Assembly (NCBI GenBank): GCA_964019335.1
Contig: OZ025724.1
Coordinates: 62,001-126,000 of the forward strand
Reading direction: 5' to 3'
Source of the DNA: Diplonema japonicum
Taxonomy: Eukaryota > Protista > Euglenozoa: Diplonemea
DNA length: 64,000 bases
Position numbers and translations under genes: made by a program. Below are positions 1-10,600 of the stretch, in pieces; positions within the stretch are counted from its first letter, which is position 1, and every line of letters begins with the position of its first letter. The notes under the pieces are model-generated. The model saw only the letters and a program-made list of their open reading frames with translations. It ran no database searches and had not been told where the DNA came from.

Positions 1-566
1 CTACAGGGTCATGAGGTGTTAACTCTTGAATACTATCCCCAGCGTTGCCACCCCCCATCAGCGGGGTATTTTCGTCAGTACAATCGTCCTGGAGAAATCG
101 CTTATCAGTATACCGTTGTTTCCACATTCTGAGGGTTTTTTTTTTTTTTTTTTTTTTTTTTTTCCCCCCCATACTTTTCGGTCGCTTTGAAGTGTTTCCT
201 CAGTTTTGCGAGTTCGTTGTTTTTGCCCTCTTTTTTCGCTGCACCGACGGTCTCTTGTGCGTTCATCGTCTTTTTGATCTCTGCCAGATTCCTCCTTACC
301 CTGTTCTTCATCATAATCTTGGTGGTGTCGCTCAATTTCGCAGACTTGTCCTTGTCGTCCAGGATGGAGATGTCGTTGCGGACCTCCGACATGAGGTCGG
401 CGCATTGGTACTGCTTCTTCTCGTACCCTGTCATCCTGCTAGTGTCGATGTTTGACTTCGACCCCTTTGCGGCTGCTATCTCCTCGTCCTCCACCCCCAC
501 AGCGTCGGCTACCTTCCTCAGCTGTTTCATCGAATTGTGTAGCGCGTTTGACCATGGATCACCCAT
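1..566 (-). CDS. Helical/coiled-coil protein, possibly the N-terminal region of a syntaxin/Qc-SNARE; join(566..175,128..<1), runs off the window
   Basis: Removing the 46-nt intron 129-174 (GTATGG-(G)n-(A)n-CCCTCAG) removes the spurious poly-Lys tail and gives an open frame ...KATEK-MWKQRYTDKRFLQDD... to the window edge. The SNARE assignment is tentative. Confidence 0.6.
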
Positions 567-755
567 TTTATTTATTTATTTTTTTATATATATATATATT
601 TTTTTTTTGAATTTCTTTTTTTTTTTCCCTCCCCCACCCCTCGCCCGCCCTCTTTTTTTTTTTTTTTTTTTTTTTCCGGAGGGGGAACAAAAAAAAAATG
701 AAAGGAATTGCACACTTATAATTCAAAAAAAAAAAAAAAAAAAATAAGAAGAAAT

Positions 756-2909
756 TCACTTCTCGAGTTTTTTACGGATCGCGTCCTGCAGCCTCCCGCC
801 TGCCAGCGGAACGAGCTTATCGAGCTGCACGTCCTCCCCGAAACAGTCCTCGAGGTAGGACACCAGCAACGCATCTGTTTCTTCCATCGACTTCAACAAA
901 TCGACGACCACAGCACAGTTCTGAGGAAGCACGGTGTAGTGGTACCCTGTGGTATAAAGCGACAGCGAGAGGGCAAGAATGTGCCGTGTAGCACACAGGG
1001 TCGGGGGCAAGACGGGAAGATACCGAGCAGCCTCGAGCAAGGTGTGCGGCTTCAGATCCTTGAGCTCACGGGGCTTAGCAATGCGGAGAAAAATCCCAAG
1101 CGAGTCCTTAAGCTTCTCAGCAGTTTGTATAAACACGCTAGGTGACGGTGTGCTGACTGTCATGGCAAGCAAAGCCTGCAAAGGAAGCCGGTGGACGGTC
1201 GACAGCCGTTTCAAGGATTCGGAAATATCAGAGATTACAGGAAGCTCATGATGAACAACAGGTAGGACAGTGTCGCCACCACTTTGCAAGGCGAGGTTTA
1301 AGCAGCTTTTCGCAAACTGCACACATGTCACGTGCAGAACACCTGCCTCGACCTCGGTAAGCATAACACTGTCAGGGAGGTAAAATGATGATGTAACACT
1401 TGCAGCCTCCAACTGCAGCGTGTTCCAAAAGTACCTTGCTGTGTTCTCGAGAGCTTGCTGGGTTTTTAACGTGCTGTGTTCACTTTCCGTGTCGAGGTCC
1501 GCAACAAGCCTCACATACACCCTGTCTATCCTGTCCTCGATCAAACCCCAGATATCCTGCAAAAACGCCTCTTTATCCATCATGTCGTCCTCATCGTCCT
1601 CATGACCATCCACAACAAACACCCCATGCCATATCCTGTCGAGGATGGTTGGTTTATCCGGTTTTATAACAGGTGTTGCCGATGTGGTGTCTCTTTTACT
1701 GGATTTTCTTTTTGTGGAGTGTGTTGGCTTTCGGGTGGTGGTGGTGGAAGCGGTGGATGTTCTGCGTGCGTCCTTCACATCGCGTGGAGCGTGAGCTTCA
1801 ACTATGTCGAGGCATTTTCTGAGGGCTTTCTTTGCAACAAAACACCCGCTGGTGTCGAGTAGTACTACATCGTCTCTTGTTGCCTTTGGAAGCTTTGTTT
1901 CAAGCAGTTTACCTATTTCAGCGTTGTCATTGGCTGTGAAGCAAGCGGGCACTACTGACGCGAAGTCGGAGTACATCGCATCGCTCTCCGAAAAGTCCTC
2001 GATCACAAAACTGTAGATGGACTGCAAGGTGTTTTCAGAAATATGGCAGGTCGGCAGCGCGACACCTTTGTATCGTTCCTTGGCGTAGGCTTGCGGGCCT
2101 TTAATGTCAAGCTCCTTTATTTGCGCATAGGTAACATACCCTGCTGTTTGGAACTCTTTGTCCAACGAACTTATTCTGAACGTTTCGAAAACGTTCGGTG
2201 TGTATACCCCTCGAAGCCCGGTAAGCGTCCCGGCAAGCTGCCCCTCCGAATGCCATGTGCTCACCTGGTTGTACAGTTCGTTCTGAAGTTCTCTGTCTGT
2301 TCCAGCTATTTTCGAAACGACTCGTTGTACTTGTACGGAGGATGTTGCAGCATTGAATGCACCGCGTAGAGCGGCTTTCTTCCGTCTTATGTACGAGCTG
2401 GTGTAAAGTGTGCTGCCGTGTAGGGTGCAGTCGTCGATGTTTTCGATGTTGTGGATGACTAGCTTGGCGTCTATTCTGAATCTTTTCGCTATCTCTGCGG
2501 TCTCTACGCTGCCCTTTTGTCGCAGTAACGCTGCTGTTTCTGCGACCACCCCGTCTAGGTAGTCGCGGGAGAATGTTTCGCCTCCGTGGAGTTGTAAGTC
2601 GTCACGTTTGTCTACTACATTTTTAAGGCCTTCTTCGATGTAGGGTGCCATGGGGACGTTGAGCAGTCCGCGGAGGTCCGAGACCACCATCCTTCCGCCG
2701 CGGGCGTCTATCTCGTCAGAGATTTCTTTCTCCAGGTGCTCTTTTGTGATGTACTCCTTGCCGTCGGTGCTGTACACGAGGTCCAGCCCACCCCCGTCTC
2801 TTAGCTGTTGCAACACCTCAGCGCAGCACCTCTCCGAGAGTTTCTCCCCTACGGGTTTGCTCTGTGCCTCGCTGAGCCTGCACATCAGTTTTTTCAGTTC
2901 CGGGTCCAT
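756..2909 (-). CDS. UFL1: E3 UFM1-protein ligase 1
   Basis: N-terminus MDPELKKL...KLSERCCAEVL...LVYSTDGKEYIT...EI...GGR matches the UFL1 family. Likely start is the ATG at 2909 after an A-rich leader; the ORF-track extension to 3086 is homopolymer read-through. Confidence 0.9.
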   Translation of the reverse strand: MDPELKKLMCRLSEAQSKPVGEKLSERCCAEVLQQLRDGGGLDLVYSTDGKEYITKEHLEKEISDEIDARGGRMVVSDLRGLLNVPMAPYIEEGLKNVVDKRDDLQLHGGETFSRDYLDGVVAETAALLRQKGSVETAEIAKRFRIDAKLVIHNIENIDDCTLHGSTLYTSSYIRRKKAALRGAFNAATSSVQVQRVVSKIAGTDRELQNELYNQVSTWHSEGQLAGTLTGLRGVYTPNVFETFRISSLDKEFQTAGYVTYAQIKELDIKGPQAYAKERYKGVALPTCHISENTLQSIYSFVIEDFSESDAMYSDFASVVPACFTANDNAEIGKLLETKLPKATRDDVVLLDTSGCFVAKKALRKCLDIVEAHAPRDVKDARRTSTASTTTTRKPTHSTKRKSSKRDTTSATPVIKPDKPTILDRIWHGVFVVDGHEDDEDDMMDKEAFLQDIWGLIEDRIDRVYVRLVADLDTESEHSTLKTQQALENTARYFWNTLQLEAASVTSSFYLPDSVMLTEVEAGVLHVTCVQFAKSCLNLALQSGGDTVLPVVHHELPVISDISESLKRLSTVHRLPLQALLAMTVSTPSPSVFIQTAEKLKDSLGIFLRIAKPRELKDLKPHTLLEAARYLPVLPPTLCATRHILALSLSLYTTGYHYTVLPQNCAVVVDLLKSMEETDALLVSYLEDCFGEDVQLDKLVPLAGGRLQDAIRKKLEK

Positions 2910-3447
2910 TTTTTCTTTTTTTTTTTTTAAACCTTTTCTTTGAAAGAATATTTGGGGGAGGTAATTGATTTTCTTTGGATTTCCCCCCAGAGTGCCCCCC
3001 CCCCCCCTTTTTTTTGTTTGCGAAAAGATCGGTGTTAAAAAAAAAGGAAATATGGACAACCACAAAATCGTATCTTTTAGACTCAATAGGGGGTTTTATG
3101 TACGAAAGGAGTGGGGGGGGGGGGGGGGGGTTGAAAGAAATCTCGTTCGTGGGGATCTCATTCTCGTAAATAAAAAAGGGGGGGGGGAAGGGGGCGAAGT
3201 TATGTGGGCTACGCGCCCAGCTAAAAAAAGTGCGATACTGAAATCTGAGGTTTCGGAGGATCCACGAGTTAGGGGTTGGCAATGGCCTCTGTTCTTTCTT
3301 TTTTCTTTTTTCCTTTTTTTTCCCGTTCCCTTCCTTTCTCTCGCCACCCCACCCCCCTTCCTCAAAAAGAAAGACTTCCGATGGGGGTCGTTCTTTTTTT
3401 GGTCCTTTTTTCTTTTGCTGAAACAAGTATACAAACCTTGAAAAAGA

Positions 3448-3486
3448 ATATATATGAGTTAAAGGAGGCCGGTGTTGGCGGCGCCC
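3448..3486 (-). repeat. Retroposon 3'-tail motif type I (also 29635-29676, 41427-41463, 41770-41800; degenerate ~5149-5180)
   Basis: Minus strand GGGCGCCGCCAACACCGGCCTCCTTTAACTCATATAT followed by a T-rich tract; all copies co-oriented. Confidence 0.85.
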
Positions 3487-4018
3487 TGTTGAAAGAAATG
3501 TTGTTGCAAAAAAGAGTAGAAGCAGCTCGTCTGTTTATCCCATGTAGGTAAGACGGCTTGGCACAAATAACCGACTCTTTTTTTGCTATTATTTTATTTT
3601 TCCTTTCAAAAAAAAAAGGAAGGATGGGCAGACAGAATAAGTTTCCAGAACTTCGGGGGGGGGGGGAATAAACAAAAACTAGGCACATTGCCTTCTGGGA
3701 ACCTTCACAGTAAGACCTTTTGCGAGATTCTTCTTTTTTTTCTTCCGACCAGTTTTTTTTTTTTTTTTTTTTTTCCCTCGCACTTTTGTTGTTTGCATAA
3801 AAAAAAAAAACCTCCCCCCAAGAAGAGAAAAAAAAAAAAACCATCTCTCTTGTAGAATGAGGTTATGTTTTTGAAAAAAGAAATTCCTCCCCCCCCTCCC
3901 CCTTTTTGCTGTAAAAAAAAAAAAAAAAAAAGAAAATTTCACCATGATAGGGGGCAAACGAACCTTCGCCTCCCTTCTATGAAATAATTCTTTTCTAGGT
4001 CGGGTTTTTTTTGGTGCT

Positions 4019-4408
4019 TCACTTATAGAGAGACAGAGGGTATGTGCAATCATAGTGGCTATCGGAATTATGAGGTGAATCAACTTGTAAGCTAGGGTCG
4101 GCCCTGCCGTAGAGATTGTAGAGGTATACATAAGCAGGGAGGCCTGATGTAGATATGAGTTTTTTAGACCCATGTTTCTCCAGGGCTTGGTACATCCAGG
4201 CCTTAGACAGGCGCTTTAAAAAGCACAATTGGATTGCAGTCGCTGAGATATTCTCGTATTCGTAGTTCTCTCTCTCTAGTTGCTCGTCTTGTTCTTGTAG
4301 GAACCTTGACCTTAGCCGCCGTAAGTGGACCACTGCCAAGTACATCCTCACCGCCCTCTGCATGATCAGTGCGGCCTTCTCGCTGACTATGCGGTTGACC
4401 TCCGCCAT
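4019..4408 (-). CDS. Small IQ-motif (calmodulin-binding-like) protein
   Basis: Two IQ-like motifs, AALIMQRAVRMYL and ATAIQLCFLKRL; ATG at 4408. Confidence 0.55.
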   Translation of the reverse strand: MAEVNRIVSEKAALIMQRAVRMYLAVVHLRRLRSRFLQEQDEQLERENYEYENISATAIQLCFLKRLSKAWMYQALEKHGSKKLISTSGLPAYVYLYNLYGRADPSLQVDSPHNSDSHYDCTYPLSLYK

Positions 4409-5494
4409 TACCCTTTCTACTCTTTTTTTTTTTCTTTGCTTTTCTTTTTTTTGTTTGTTGTCGTTCAGTGATCTAACATCAAAATTGTTGTTTTTCTTTT
4501 TGTTTTTATTCGTTTTGTTTGTTGTGCCTGGTGTGTCAGTTTTCTTTTTTGGAAAAAAAGAAACGAAGAATAAAAAAAAAAAAAAAAAGAAACAAGATCG
4601 AGCCCGTCTGAAAAGACGGGGGGGAGAAAACAGAGAAATGTAGTTTGCCCGGAGTCTGTTGCTATCCCTCCCCGGGGATTCACTCTCGAGCGCTGCTTTC
4701 TGCGTTGCGTATTCATCCAAAACAAAATTCAAATTAACATGCAAGCCCCTGAGACGAAACCCGCGTGCCCTAAAAAGGGAAGGGGGTATGGTCAGTACTA
4801 GGATCTCTCAGTTTCGGTCAATCTCGCGACTCCTCCAGGTGCTGACCTCATCAGGCGAGAGGCACCCTTCAATGGCTCCTACTAGCGTCCCACCAGGTTG
4901 GAGAGTACTTTTCCCGACCAAACAAAACAAAAAAAAGAATGCAATATGACAGGAAACGAAGTGGCGGAAGCAACGGCCCACCGCGGTGGCGTGCCTACCT
5001 TATGCTCGCCTTTTGGGGTCGTTCCCTGCTACCCACCGTAGTGCTTAGCTGAAGCTTTCTATCTTCCAAGAAAGACGAAGAAGAAAAAAAAGCCCTTGCA
5101 ATTTCTTTTTTTTGAGACCCGTTAACGACTTGAACAAACAATAAACTCGATGATTTAAAGGAAGCCGGTGGGGGCGCTTTGCACAAGCACTAGCTTCTTC
5201 TGCGTCACCTTGAGCATGCTTCTCTCCCCGGAGGTCAACAGCGAACAACACATCTGATGTACTTCTTTATATTTTCATATCATCCCCCACCACCAAATAA
5301 AAATCGTTTAAAGCCCTTTAAGCTCTTAAAAAGACGGAGAAAATAAAACCCGTAAATAAAAAGCACTTTAAAAATGCATTGGCAGCATTAATATGCAGAT
5401 AGCAGCTCTGGACAAAAACGGCAAACAATGGGTGCGGCACCAGTGACCTACCCACCGTAAATGAGCCGTGGCATTTCTTTTTTCTTCTTCTTCT

Positions 5495-5529
<35 letters not shown>

Positions 5530-5564
5530 TGAAAGAGGTTATGAAAACAATGAAACTGCAAAGC

Positions 5565-7382
5565 AAACAAACTCATAGTAAAAGACAATCCCACTCGAGG
5601 ACAGCCTCTTGTGGTGTGAGTTCCTATCTATTAATGCTCCCCTTCTGGAGCATAGCCTTCGTTCCTATTGTCGCCTTTAAAGCTTTTCGTAGTCTCGACA
5701 CGCGCTCTTTCTTGTATGTCCCTTTCAACTCCTGTAGCTTTTGCGCTGTCTGTCTTGATGCGAAGATCGGTCTCCTGTTAAAGCCTATTGCAGCCTTGCC
5801 TCCGATCGCTGTGAGCGACTTGACCCTCTTTGCCCCGTCCGCAGGGAAGGGGCGTCTTATCCGTCTCGTTCTGCACACTGCGTTGGCTCTCTCCACCAAC
5901 AGCTTGATTCTGCGTGCCTTCCTCTGCATGTTGTAGACTCCCAGTGACTTACCGGTTGTCTCCTCAAAGTCGAGTGCAAGTTCAGCTGCCGAAACCTCCG
6001 AGTCGGTGTCGCCCATCGCAGCTTTCCCATCCATTCCAGTAGTGGTTCCCCGAATTGCTCCAGCAGTCCCACCACTGTCCCCAGCTGTGCTGTCGTCGGT
6101 ACCGGGGTCACTTTGCCTGTCACTTCCCGCTCCCATGGTAGCTTCTTGTTGCCGCCTTCTGCCTGCATCAGCCCTTCGTCCCGCTTTTCCACCACCATTG
6201 CCAGGTATCGCTGCAGCTTCTCCAGGTGTTCGAACCCGTTCCCCCTTGGTAGGATGGCATGCAGCTCGAGGCAGAGCGGCCATCCCGTCCTGTTGCGCAG
6301 TGGTTCCATCTCCTCCCGTATCAGCTCCTCTCGTGCTGGCGGGCACTCGTACAGCTGGTGGCGTAGCAGTGTTACTGTGTCCGCATGCTTGGTCGGGCAG
6401 AGGTCACATTCAAATCCCGACTCGTCTTGTCCTTCATGCGCCGCTGGCTCGTCTTGATCTTCCTCTTCTTCGCTCCGTCCCTCGGACTCGTCGTCCTCAT
6501 TCGTGGGGGGTACACACTTTGGTCCTGCTCTGGCATACGGACTTAGGTAGGGGATCCCTCCCGCAATTACCCTCTTGATACAGAAAGCTAGATGGCGATC
6601 TTTAGCTGTCCTCCAGAGGTCATTCGTTTTGGGATCTGCTCCTTCCCCGAGTCCGCTGACCGTCTTCCGTTCCGTTGCTAGTGTCGCACTCCTGGCTGCC
6701 CTTACAGTCGCCCTGAAGGCGCTTCCTCGCTTGGGCCACTCAAGTTCTGTGGCTATTTCCATCTTCTCCCAGTCCCATCCGATTCTCGGCATCCACCTGC
6801 ATATCAGATTCCCCACCGGTCCCAAGGGGGTCCTCTGTGAGCCGTACCTCTGCACTATTTGTCGCGCTCTCTGTCCAAGACCTGTCCTTTCCAGCGCGCT
6901 CGATATCACTCTTAGCGAGTGACAGATGACGTAGGACAACGGGTCATTGATGTGTCCTTTCAGCAAAACCGTATTCACCGCTGCAGGCGATCGTCCTCGG
7001 AAGTGAGGCCCCCATAGGTTGCAGGTCACTCTCGTTGTTAGCTTCTTCAGCGCCTCATCACTCGGAGGGGAGAACGGGCTGCTGTAGAGGCACGACGGCA
7101 AGACCGATGTTCCAATCAGGTATCCTTTTGTTTCGAAGGACAGGCTTGTCCCTCCCAGCCGGTCTAGCTTGTTGGCCGCTTCCGTCGCTGGCTCGTTCCA
7201 CGTCGTTCCTGTCCTGTTCGTGAACACCATCACGCCCAGTGCCTTGAACGACGTCACTGTTCTATAGGGGACTGCGACCTCTCTCCCTTTCTGTGTTACT
7301 GTCCTATCACCCAGCACTTTTGACCGGAAGCCCTTCTTCGTGCCAAACGCTACCGTTTTCTCCGAACGCTACCGTTTTCTCC
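5565..7382 (-). mobile_element. 5'-truncated non-LTR retrotransposon (family A, divergent copy)
   Basis: Post-RT region, CCHC finger (CDLC...HQLYEC) and C-terminus KAMLQKGSINR* are shared with the 59-64 kb element, as is part of the 3' UTR. An 18-nt tandem duplication (7346-7382) lies at the 5' truncation point. Confidence 0.9.
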
Positions 7383-7679
7383 AACAAAATTCCGCAAGGA
7401 AAAAAAAAAAAGAAATCTCGCACGTCCGGAAATCTCGGCCTCTAGACTGGAAGTGTCGCTGTGGAAACACCAGAAGCAGAAGCCAAGTCAGCACACATGC
7501 AAATATCGGTGGTCCGGAAGTCTTTTTTTTTCCTGCGGAACATCTTTTTGCGCTCCAGCTTTGTCAAAAAGGCAAACAACAACAAAAAAGAAAAAAAGAA
7601 ACAAACAAAAAAGAAAATGCCTGAACAAAAGTAGTTCTTACTCATGGAAATAAGCAAAACTCGTTTAACCCTTCTCTTT

Positions 7680-10600
7680 TTAGGAGATATGCAGCGTGGT
7701 CAGCGGGGCAATATCAACGCTCTGCGGGGTTTTCCTCACTTCTTCTGTGAGTCGAAGGAGAACCGGGTCGTCAGTATTCTCTAGAATAGCACTCACATCG
7801 CCTTTGGCGAAAGCAGCAGCGTAGTCTGATGACCAGGCCCACGCGCGCACCGTGCCGTCACCGCTCCACAGGTCGTTCCCCTCGATGTTTGGACGTAATT
7901 CGTAAACGGAAAATGTAAGAGGAGAGAGCGCTGCGGAAATGGAAGCAGTCCCGTCGGGGACGGAGAAGCCAGCTTTACTCGACCACCACCCGATGGGGCG
8001 CATGTTGGTGTCGTTGACGCGAAGCATCTTACCAGAAAGCGACACGTAAAGACAGAATATTTTCAACTTCGCAGCCGCGACAAGCAAATCAGCTGAGCAC
8101 CTCACACCAGATCCCATTGGCGTGATGTACCGTTGGTCAAACGTCCCGATGGCACCATAAAGCAGCGGGCAGCGGACCAAACTAAGGTGCAGCTCGTGTG
8201 GGATCGGGCATGGCACAGCCTGCGTTCTGGACAAATGCAAAAATCGTACAAACCGGGTGGAACACTCCCATTGGTCTGAACACGTCCGTCCAAGGTTCCA
8301 GCCAACGTAAAGCGACGAGCCGAACACGCCCAGCGTGGTACCCTCGCACCGTTCCAACTGCGTCACAGCGCGTGTCAACGCGATGTTCGCCGTCGACAGT
8401 ACATCGTAAGGAGAGTAGCTCATCACAAGATCACCTTCGAACATCGTCTCCATCTTGCAAATCGTTGCAGACTCGACCCTGTCCATCTTCCCCACCGGCC
8501 TTCGGGACAACACCGACGACGTGGAAGCTTCCATAGACGATGACCTATCATGCTCCAGTGGGTTGATGTTGCTGTGTGGGATCATGGCTTTCCGGTTCGC
8601 AAGTTCAACCGGAAGGAGGGCTGTGAGCTCCGTTTTCGCGGATATCCCCTTCAGCCCGACCTTACCCATCGGGACCAGCAAGACGTCGGATAAAAGCAGT
8701 GTCCCGTCCTCGTTGTGGATCTCAGCGAGAACGCTTTTCGTCACCGCCACGCAGCCGCCGTAGCACGCGCTCTCTACGCGTGCAGCTTTGTTCACAGTGT
8801 TCCCGAAATAGTCGTAACGCTGCGAGACGGGGTTGAACTCGACTTCGACTTCACCGCAGTGAATTCCGATTCTTATGCGCAGCCCGCCCCAATGAGGCGC
8901 AGAGCGAGCGCAGTCAGGTACTTCGTATACGGCAGATGGCCAGTCTGTGTGGAGAAGTCTGAGTTGTACGGTTGTGCCGAAGAAGCAAGCATCAACCGCG
9001 CGGTCGAAGCTTGCCATGTAAGAGTCGCCGATGATCTTGACCTCGTACCCGTCTGTGTCCGCAAGGCATTTGCGTATTACATTGTTGTGGATTCTGAGGG
9101 CTTCCTTCATTCCTTCCCCGCACTTCTCCCACAGCTTTGTGGACCCCTGTATGTCTGTAAACACTAACGTGGCAAAGTTCGACCGGAGCCCTGGTGCGCA
9201 GTCGCGCTCCGAACATTCCGGGACCAAGCCTAAGTCTCTGAACAGTGCGTCTGGTAGATATGGTCGGTAGGCTTCTAGGTTGTTCAGCATTTTGTCTAGC
9301 GATTTGTACATCATGTCAAGTTCCGTTATTATCGTTTTCTGACGCGGGATGGCGGTCAGCTTCATGATGGCGGCCTGGTTCATCTGCCCAGCGATCGTGC
9401 CGAAAGGGGCGACCAGCATCTCGTTGAATATGTAAAACGCCGAGAACGACGCGGCCAGGATGGCCACCACGATGAGAGCCGCCATTGTGCCCCGCTGCAT
9501 GAGTTCCACGTCGTTCTTCTCGCCTGCCTTGACCAAGCTGTCCATCACCTTGCGGTTGTTCTCACGGACCTCTCGCTTCACATCTTCCTCAGGAATGAGA
9601 ATGCCCACTATCACCGACACAGGCGGTGTCCCTTCCGACGTGATTTGTGTGTAGTCGTAGATCCATCTTTTCGGATCGACCTGCCTGCTTAGGACACCTG
9701 TAGAGAACACCGAGTGGACCTCGGATTCGCGCAGTGACAAATTATACATTTGAAAATCGTCCAACGACCCGGAGTAGTACATCCCTAGCTGGTACGCTTC
9801 TTGAAAGGTCTCTCGCGATTCGTGAAGGGAGATGTTTGCCCTGTCGTACAAGGACCCGTTCACATACATGGAACACTGACTGGTGAAGATCCTGTCGACG
9901 GTGATTGTAAAGTGGGTCCATTGACCTGCAGGCGGACCGTTCAGCAGGGGCTTCGTTTCGCATCCAAACACGTACAGCCCGAGAGAAAAGCCACCGTTTG
10001 CGTACCATCGCACGGCACCGTTCCCCGCAGCAGTGTCGCTGAAGATCCGCGGTTTCATGGGGTATATAGCACTTGTGGAGTTGATGGCCGCGTCGGGTTT
10101 CACCCACACGGAAATTGAAAACTGTGACGTTCCTAAGATGGCTTCGCGTGCGACAGGCTCAAGGCTCCCGGAGACTGAACTTGGGTATGCAACCGTCTCG
10201 GTTCCGTCAGAGTAGTGCAACGTGTGGTTGTAACCGGGAAACGAGCTTCTCCACGGCTCACCGTTCCGCGATACCTTCGTTGCAGCGACACGGGGAATGT
10301 CCGTCGTCAGGTTGTTGTAGATGAACAGAACAGAATCCTTGTCCAGATGCAGCGTGCCCGTGTCACCGATAACCCCTCCGCCGCCACGGATCTCCGTTTT
10401 GTATTCGTTGCCGGATACATCATTGTGCCCCCCGTTTGAGAACGGCAGTGAGATTTGAAGCCACGTAAAATCCTTGTAATAATTACTCTGTTCGAAGTTC
10501 CCCGAGCCGTCCTTGCTGAAGATGCGGCCTTCCTCGTGCGGACGTGTGAAGAGGTACTGCTGCAGCGCGTTCAGTTCGACACTGTACGTGTTGTTCATCG

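Noticed and set aside
2910-4000. Poly-Lys/Phe/Gly/Pro ORFs in intergenic regions and as N-terminal extensions
   Set aside because: These are translations of homopolymer tracts whose lengths may also be sequencing artefacts.
4868-4920. Inverted match to 43212-43255 as termini of a 38-kb element
   Set aside because: The intervening region contains ordinary housekeeping genes; two fragments of a dispersed repeat is the simpler explanation.
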